From: the human T2T-CHM13v2.0 reference genome, Homo sapiens
DNA length: 64,000 nt
NCBI GenBank assembly: GCA_009914755.4
Contig: CP086569.2
Location: 2,464,001 to 2,528,000 of the forward strand
Reading direction: 5' to 3'
A program made the translations under genes and the position numbers. The notes below the pieces were generated by a model. That model was not told where the DNA came from. It saw only the letters and a list, made by a program, of their open reading frames with translations, and did no database searches. This document shows, one piece after another, positions 57,487-64,000 of the stretch (position 1 is the first letter of the stretch; the number at the start of each line of letters is the position of its first letter).

Positions 57487-58476
57487 TAGAAGCTGTGTTA
57501 GTGTTGAGGTCTTCATAGGTCAAGGTTGAAGCTTAGCCAAGAAGAGGGCTCAGAGGAAACTGGCTAACGATTGGTCAAGGAGAGAATCTTTGTCAGTGAA
57601 CAGGGTTTTGGCTCTGTCTTCCCACTTCGTTGATGACTTAACTATTCTGGATCTCCAAGGATGGATTTGCAGCTTTTTTTGGCGGGGAGGGTGGAGGAGG
57701 GGCAGAAGGGTCACACACCTCTAGGGAAAAAGTGTACCAAGAGGGAAGGTAGGGAAAGGTAAGGAATTCTGACCTAGTGCTTTGTTCACCCTTTTCATGG
57801 TGAAAGGCTCAGTACAGCTTTTTAGCCTAGCATTGTCCAGAAAGCAGGGGGATGATTACTTTGTCAGGTGTGGATGCTACCGAGTGGATGGGGTTCCAGG
57901 CCGGACATTCCTAGGATCCAGCCACTGAGTTAGAAAAGACAGACCTTCCTTTTCTTACTTTCCTTCCTTCCTCTTTTTTTTTTTTAGCATTTTGCTTTGT
58001 TTCTCAAAACCCCAAATCCTGAGTGAGGCAGGACTCCTGATAAGCGAAGTCATGGAGGGCGTAAATGGGGCCAGGACATTGATTGGGCAGCCTGCTGAGC
58101 CTGGAGCCTTGCTTGCTTAAATGTGAGGTCTGCTTGTTCATTTGGTTTCCTGGTATTTGTGGGTGTGCTCATGTATGTTTTCTCCTCAGGATCCTGAGTG
58201 CGTTAACCCAGCACACAGTCTCAAGCAGCTATTGCACAAGAACATAGGAAGCAATAGAGCAGCCATAAATGTATTCACTTTCTTTTGTTGGATGACATGT
58301 ATTGGGAGAGGAGCAGGGGTTGGTTGGTTTCATTCAAGCACCTCCGCCAAGCCCTGGGGACTCCTAGGCTGCTAAAACGTTCTCAGGTTCAACCTGGCAT
58401 AGAGTGTTCCTGCTGTGCAGGCAAAAGAAACTTTGTGTTTGTGTTAACGATGTTCCTTATACCCTTTTGTGATCAG

Positions 58477-58574
58477 ATGTCATCAGCATCGAGAAGACAG
58501 GTGAACATTTCCGCCTGGTCTATGACACCAAGGGCCGTTTTGCTGTTCACCGCATCACAGTGGAAGAGGCAAAG
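58477..58574 (+). CDS. RPS4Y1: RPS4Y1 exon 4 (completes aa 88 D, then [32 protein letters not shown] to aa 120). Downstream exons lie beyond the window.
   Basis: Acceptor ttttgtgatcag|ATGTCATCAGCATCGAGAAGACAGGTGAACATTTCCGCCTGGTCTATGACACCAAGGGCCGTTTTGCTGTTCACCGCATCACAGTGGAAGAGGCAAAG|gtatgt donor. No YKLCKVRKI-encoding exon is found in 58575-64000. Confidence 0.95.
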
Positions 58575-61500
58575 GTATGTTGCACAAGTCAAGTGAGCTT
58601 TGTAATTTCCAGACAGATAGGTCGGTTGCTAAGTTTGTCAGAGGGTGTTTAAGCCAGATTCCGGGAATATTTCCTATCTCTACTTGTTTGTCTGGTTGTT
58701 TAATCCAGGCATGTAGGTGCACACTGATAGAAAGTAATGGATTTTCCACACAAGACTGTTTTAGAAACGGGATTACAAGTAAGGAGTTCTCTGAAGGACA
58801 AGATATTTCTGTACAGGAAAGATCTGTGATATTGACCAGGAAGGCCTGGGTAGAAATCCAGATTTCTTGTCATTGATTAATTGTGTAACTGCAGGCAACA
58901 GTACATAGAACCTTTTTTGAGTCTTTGTTTTCCTTGTAAATGGTGATAATATGCTTTCCTGCCAGGTTTCTGTGACTATGTTAGTAGTAGTGCTGCCTTG
59001 CACTTGCTAGACATAGAAGATGATTGACTGCCTGATGTCTGCCTCTGCCCTTAAAACTCCCTCTTCCCTCCCCAGATTTAATGGCTGAAGTTTCAAGGAA
59101 ACTTTCAAGGGAGTTGCTTTCTGTGTGGACAGCACCTTCCATTTTTCTGTGTAGGGAAGACCTCTTTGGAAACCAGGATCACCCTTCAGTCATCCATTCC
59201 TCTTTTCCCTGGATTTAGGGTCATGGGGTGACTTTGTTTTTCACATGACCCAATCACTTACAGTGACCAGATGCCATCTGAATATGAGATGCATTCTGTA
59301 AGTGAATCACAACGTTTCATTGGATGTTGTTTCTACTTAGTTTAACCAGCTTGCCTTTTTCTCTGTTATTTCTCTGGGGGAAACACATTAGAGTCCCTAA
59401 AGGAATTGACAAATATCGGTTGTTTGGTTGTTTCTGACTTATTTGGTCGTGTCCCTTGATGCAGGGTCCATTCTGTTTTTGTGGATTCGCCCACAGGAGG
59501 TACTTTGTTTTAGATGATAGGAACTAGGCCTTGAATCATGCAGTGTGTTCAGTCGCGTAGGGTGTTGGATTCTTTTGTACCTAAAAGGTAGAAAGCACAG
59601 AGGAAATCAAATCTGATGACTGGTTTCTGCTTTTGTATGGAATTTGGATCTCAAGAGACAATGCAGATTGGTAGTCCCTGTGAATTTTTAAGTAGGGGGA
59701 GATGGAGTGGGACAAGGAGATACTGGAGTGTTGTTAATACCTAGTACTGGCCCTACCAGATTGGCCAGCCAGGGTGTAAAAACCTTGTGTCCAGGAGACT
59801 ATCGCATAGTAGCGAGAAGTGCCAAATGGTTGCCCTGGGTTACGGTATTGGCCTTATCCTTGTGTAACAGGTGAGAGACTTGGGAAGTTTTGATTGAGCT
59901 TATTTGTTTGCTGGTTGTTTCTTTGGGCAGCTGGAAGGGAGCATTCCCTGTCACAAACCCCACCCAGTTTAGCTTGGCTTGAGCCAAGGACACAGCGAGT
60001 TCAGAGTGGAGAATCAGAGGCTCCTGGGACGTCAGTTATGTCAGGGACACACCAGGGAGCCTTTTCATAGTTTATTAATCCACCAGGTAGCATAGGTTAG
60101 TGGAGAGACAGAACATCCAAACAGCCCTCCACCCTTGAAAATAAGACTAGAAAAGTGGTATTTTGTGGGTCTTGGGAAAACAGCCTGATGGATTTCAGAC
60201 ATAATATTTCCCCGTAACAACTTGGTATTAGTTGTTGAAGACCAAGGAAATGGAAGTCACTGGATTTAAGAATGGGAGATTAGGTCTGTTTTTGTGGGTG
60301 ATTGCCATTACAGTGGATGGGAGAAAAAGAAAGAGTTTGGGTGAGCCCATGATGAACTTGCACACGAGTAATGGGAACTAAGGCAGTGCCTGTTCCCATT
60401 GTGAGTGGGGGTAGAGAGCACAAGTATCACCTGGAAGATGGCAAAGAAGACAGGGGTTTAGAATATACATCCCCAGCTGTGGTGTGGAGGAAGCACATGT
60501 GGAACAGGGTGATTGAATATTTGGTGGTAGGATAAGGAGATGGTAGCTGCAGATCTTGGTGAAATACATGGATGCTTGAGAGAGTTGTGGATGGAAGGAC
60601 AGTACCTTAATGCTTTGGGTTCAGCTTGCCTTGCAACTTGCAAATAGATGATAAGACAGAAGTAAGTGCTGACTGAAATAGAGGACTGAAACACTGCTCA
60701 AAAGAGTTACAGTAGATGCTGTCTGAATAGTTGGCACAGAAACCTCATTGATACTGGGCAGCTTGTGTTCAGTGATAGGTGTGTATGGGGAGAGGGAGAT
60801 TTCATATTGCAGAAGGTTTATGAACAGGGTCTAGGTGGTGCAGGTTCTGTTTCCTGAAAAGTAGAAAATACTGGTTAAAGAAATCAAAAAGAGAAAATCA
60901 GAGTAACCAACCAAACAGAGACTTGGGTTTATGGATTACCATTCTTGAACGTTGAGAAGACTGAATCTCATAAAGGTGACAGTTATTCTCAAAGTAGAAG
61001 ATACGGGACAGTGACTAGAAAGAGGCAGAAAGAGGGATTTTCTTTTGAGATAGTGGGTGATGTTTGCCCATTTGTTTTAGAGAATTGGAGACTGGTGCAA
61101 AAGGAGATGATCAAGACCATGAGTGGGGAGACTAGTGCCTTTTTGGTGGGCAAGGAAGAAGACAGGTGGAGGGAATAGGCAGTTGAAGTTTAAGTTTCAG
61201 AAAAGATGGAACCTGGGCAGTTAGATCTGTTTCTGAGGGAGGCCAGCTGGGAAAGATTTCATACTAGTTTGTGTAGGTGTTGTACAAAGGGCAGTGGAAA
61301 CTTGAAGCGAAGAGTTTATCTGTGGTTTGAGAGGGACAGCGTAGAATGCTCTCAGGGGAGCCTCACATTTGACATTCATTTTGGAGAATGACAGGAGGCT
61401 TCACCTTGCAGTCAAGATTGTATGGAAAGGGTGTCAATGGGGCAGGCATGTTGTAGTAGGTGGTGATGTAATTACAAATTATGACTGGTCAAGACTGCTG

Positions 61501-61611
61501 AGCAGACAGATGGTAGAGTTGAGGTTTTCTTGTGGTAGAGTGCTATTCAACAGTTAAGAATAAACTTTTTCTCTGTAGTTCTTCTATTAAAATAAATCTG
61601 AAAAAATTCAG

Positions 61612-61957
61612 TAATTTTTTTGGATACAGGTGTTTTTTGGGTTACATGGATGAATTATCCAGTGGTGAGTTCTGAGATTGTAGTGCACCCATCACCTTAG
61701 TAGTGTACATTGAACATAATGTGTAGTTATTTTTATCCCTGGCCCCCTCCCAACCTCCCTCATCTGGGTCTCTGGCCCCCTCCCAACCTCCCTCGTCTGA
61801 GTCTCTGAAGCCCGTTATATCACTCTGTATGCCTTTGCATACTCATAGCAAGATAGGGGTTTTGGTTTTCCACTCCTGTGTTATTTCACTTTGAATAATG
61901 GCTTCCAGGTCCATCCATGTTGTTGCAAAAGGCATTATTTTGTTCCTTTCAATGGCT
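61612..61957 (-). mobile_element. L1 3'-end fragment (antisense, old L1P/L1M) in RPS4Y1 intron 4, with a 33-bp internal tandem duplication
   Basis: ggatacaggtgttttttgggttacatggatgaattatccagtggtgag...cctgtgttatttcactttgaataatggcttccaggtccatccatgttgttgcaaaaggcattattttgttcctttcaatggctg; duplicated unit ggccccctcccaacctccctc(a/g)tctg(g/a)gtctct x2 at about 61739-61804. Confidence 0.75.
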
Positions 61958-63576
61958 GTTTTTCTCCAAACTTCTGTCTCTGAGAGTGCTCAGAAACTGA
62001 CACATTCTGGAGGCTACCCTGTCTAAGCATTTTGCTTAGATATGCGTGGCTTACATATACCTAGGCTCAGCTACCTTTTATTTCCGTGGCTCCCAACCCT
62101 CTCCTTTTCTCTCAGACATTTCCTTTTGTCTCAGACATTTTATTATAAGCAGTTGGTTTGGCATCCTTCAGCTCATACTGTTTTGTTTTCATCCATTGTA
62201 TCCTTGCCTTTGTGGCTTTGAGCCTGCCTACTTGCAGGACTCAATCCGAACTCTGATTCCTTTACCACATAGAGGCTGAGCCCCATACTAGGAACTAAGG
62301 ATTGAACTCAGAGCAGTCTCCTGTCTGCTGTCATTGTTGTGCCTTTCTCACTTGCCAGTGGTGACTCAGAGGGCCCTACAGTCTTTGGGAGTCTTGGGGC
62401 TGGAGGACAGAAGGTGATGGGGTGTCACATCTTTAAAATCTGAAGACAGTCTTTTCAGCTGTGGGACAGAGGAAAAATAATTGGTTTTCTGCAGATGTTG
62501 AGGCTACCCCTGTGGTAAGAGGTTTAGCTCAACTGGAAGTTCCCCTCATGATATGGCCAGTCTTACCCTTAGTGAACCTCTAGTTTCCTGGCAGGATGGG
62601 CCTCTACTAAGCGAGAGGACCCAAGATCTAAATCCTGAGCTGTTTTGGCCACATGAAGGTGCATAGGTAATAAAAGTCGTCTGAGGTGGATGTGAGGAAA
62701 GCCTGCTAAAGTTGGCTTTTGCAGGAGCACTCCCACTAATAAAAGTGTTCAAAAGTTTTTAGCCTGCCTTAGTCCTGGTCTTGAAGCACTGGAGACCTGG
62801 TCAGTCAGCTCTGTATAGAGGTTAGACACAGAACTGTTACCCGTTAATGTGCTAGCATGCTTACAGGCATTTCACTCACTTATAGATAGTTGCTAAGTGT
62901 AATCTGTATTTCACAGTCATCTGTGGATGCTTAAAGGACCGACACGCATCGTGAAGCTTGGGTTAACAGTTCCAGACGGAACTATCTCACAGGATGGAGG
63001 GAGGCCACTTGGAACTGGAGGCACCTTTAAAGAAAGAGGCCATGTCTTTTTTCAGAGGGTGTTTCACATGTGCAGTTAAAGGCCGAGGACCTTTGGGCAC
63101 AAGGCTTCAAGTTTGATGTTGTGATATAGCAGTGAACTGCATGGTGCTGTTGCTATCCATGCAGAAACTGTTGGTTAGTGAAAGGATCTGTGGAGGATAT
63201 AGGAGAAGAAAAAGTTTTTACTTGTTTTGTTTTTGCTGTCTTTCTCCTGACTGTCAGCAGTACCTGCTAACTATTTTGACTCCCTTAGCACTGTTCTCAG
63301 CTCAGCTGAGAGAGTACACTGGACAGGATGTACATGAAAAGTGGAGGGCAGCAGGTAGGCTTTGAGGTGTGAATAGGCCTTCTATGAGTTCACAGTCATA
63401 GAACTTGCTTGGACCTGTCTTACCTGGGCTATTTGGAGCTAATGAGCCAGGGTGGAAAAGGGACAAGATTAACTTTCACTGGAAATGTTTTAGAATCACC
63501 CAAGTAGGTTCAGGATGTCACATACAAAAAATGTGGAGGACAGTTGGGTGATAGGAATGCATTCAGCAGGCCGTGA

Positions 63577-63973
<397 letters not shown>

Positions 63974-64000
63974 CCAGAGGGTTTCTTATATCTAGCGTGG

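Overview
This window is primate genomic DNA, not a prokaryotic locus. It is the human Y-chromosome short-arm sex-determining interval (Yp11.2). All coordinates below are hand-counted and may be off by a few bp.

Genes and pseudogene:
- SRY, minus strand, 1-443. This is the 5' part of the single-exon CDS (codons 1-147, complete HMG box). It is identical to the human SRY protein as I recall it, and the CDS continues past the left edge of the window.
- A processed pseudogene of RNASEH2C (the retrocopy RNASEH2CP1), plus strand, about 2600-3300. It forms a CpG-rich block about 2.2 kb upstream of SRY.
- RPS4Y1, plus strand. The first four coding exons are at 54456-54458, 54996-55073, 56908-57088 and 58477-58574, encoding aa 1-120 with Y-type residues. 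There is a CpG-island promoter and a 5'TOP start about 54 kb from SRY. The two genes are transcribed divergently, as in the reference Y.

Intergenic sequence:
- Everything between is intergenic and roughly 45-50% interspersed repeats.
- There are about 30 Alu elements, most with recognisable target-site duplications.
- There are several antisense L1 elements: a full-length decayed L1PA-type nested inside an older L1, an older L1 carrying three Alu insertions, another with two internal Alus and one at its edge, and an L1 5' part fused to an L1M reverse-transcriptase fragment.
- There are also MaLR LTR remnants, a MIR, and several microsatellites ((AC)n, compound (TG)n(TA)n, (GA)21).

No CRISPR array, operon or plausible novel gene system is present. 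The longer ORFs in the supplied track are L1 ORF1/ORF2 fragments, Alu read-throughs, or the antisense of SRY or of the pseudogene. The most useful second-look items are listed in the findings.
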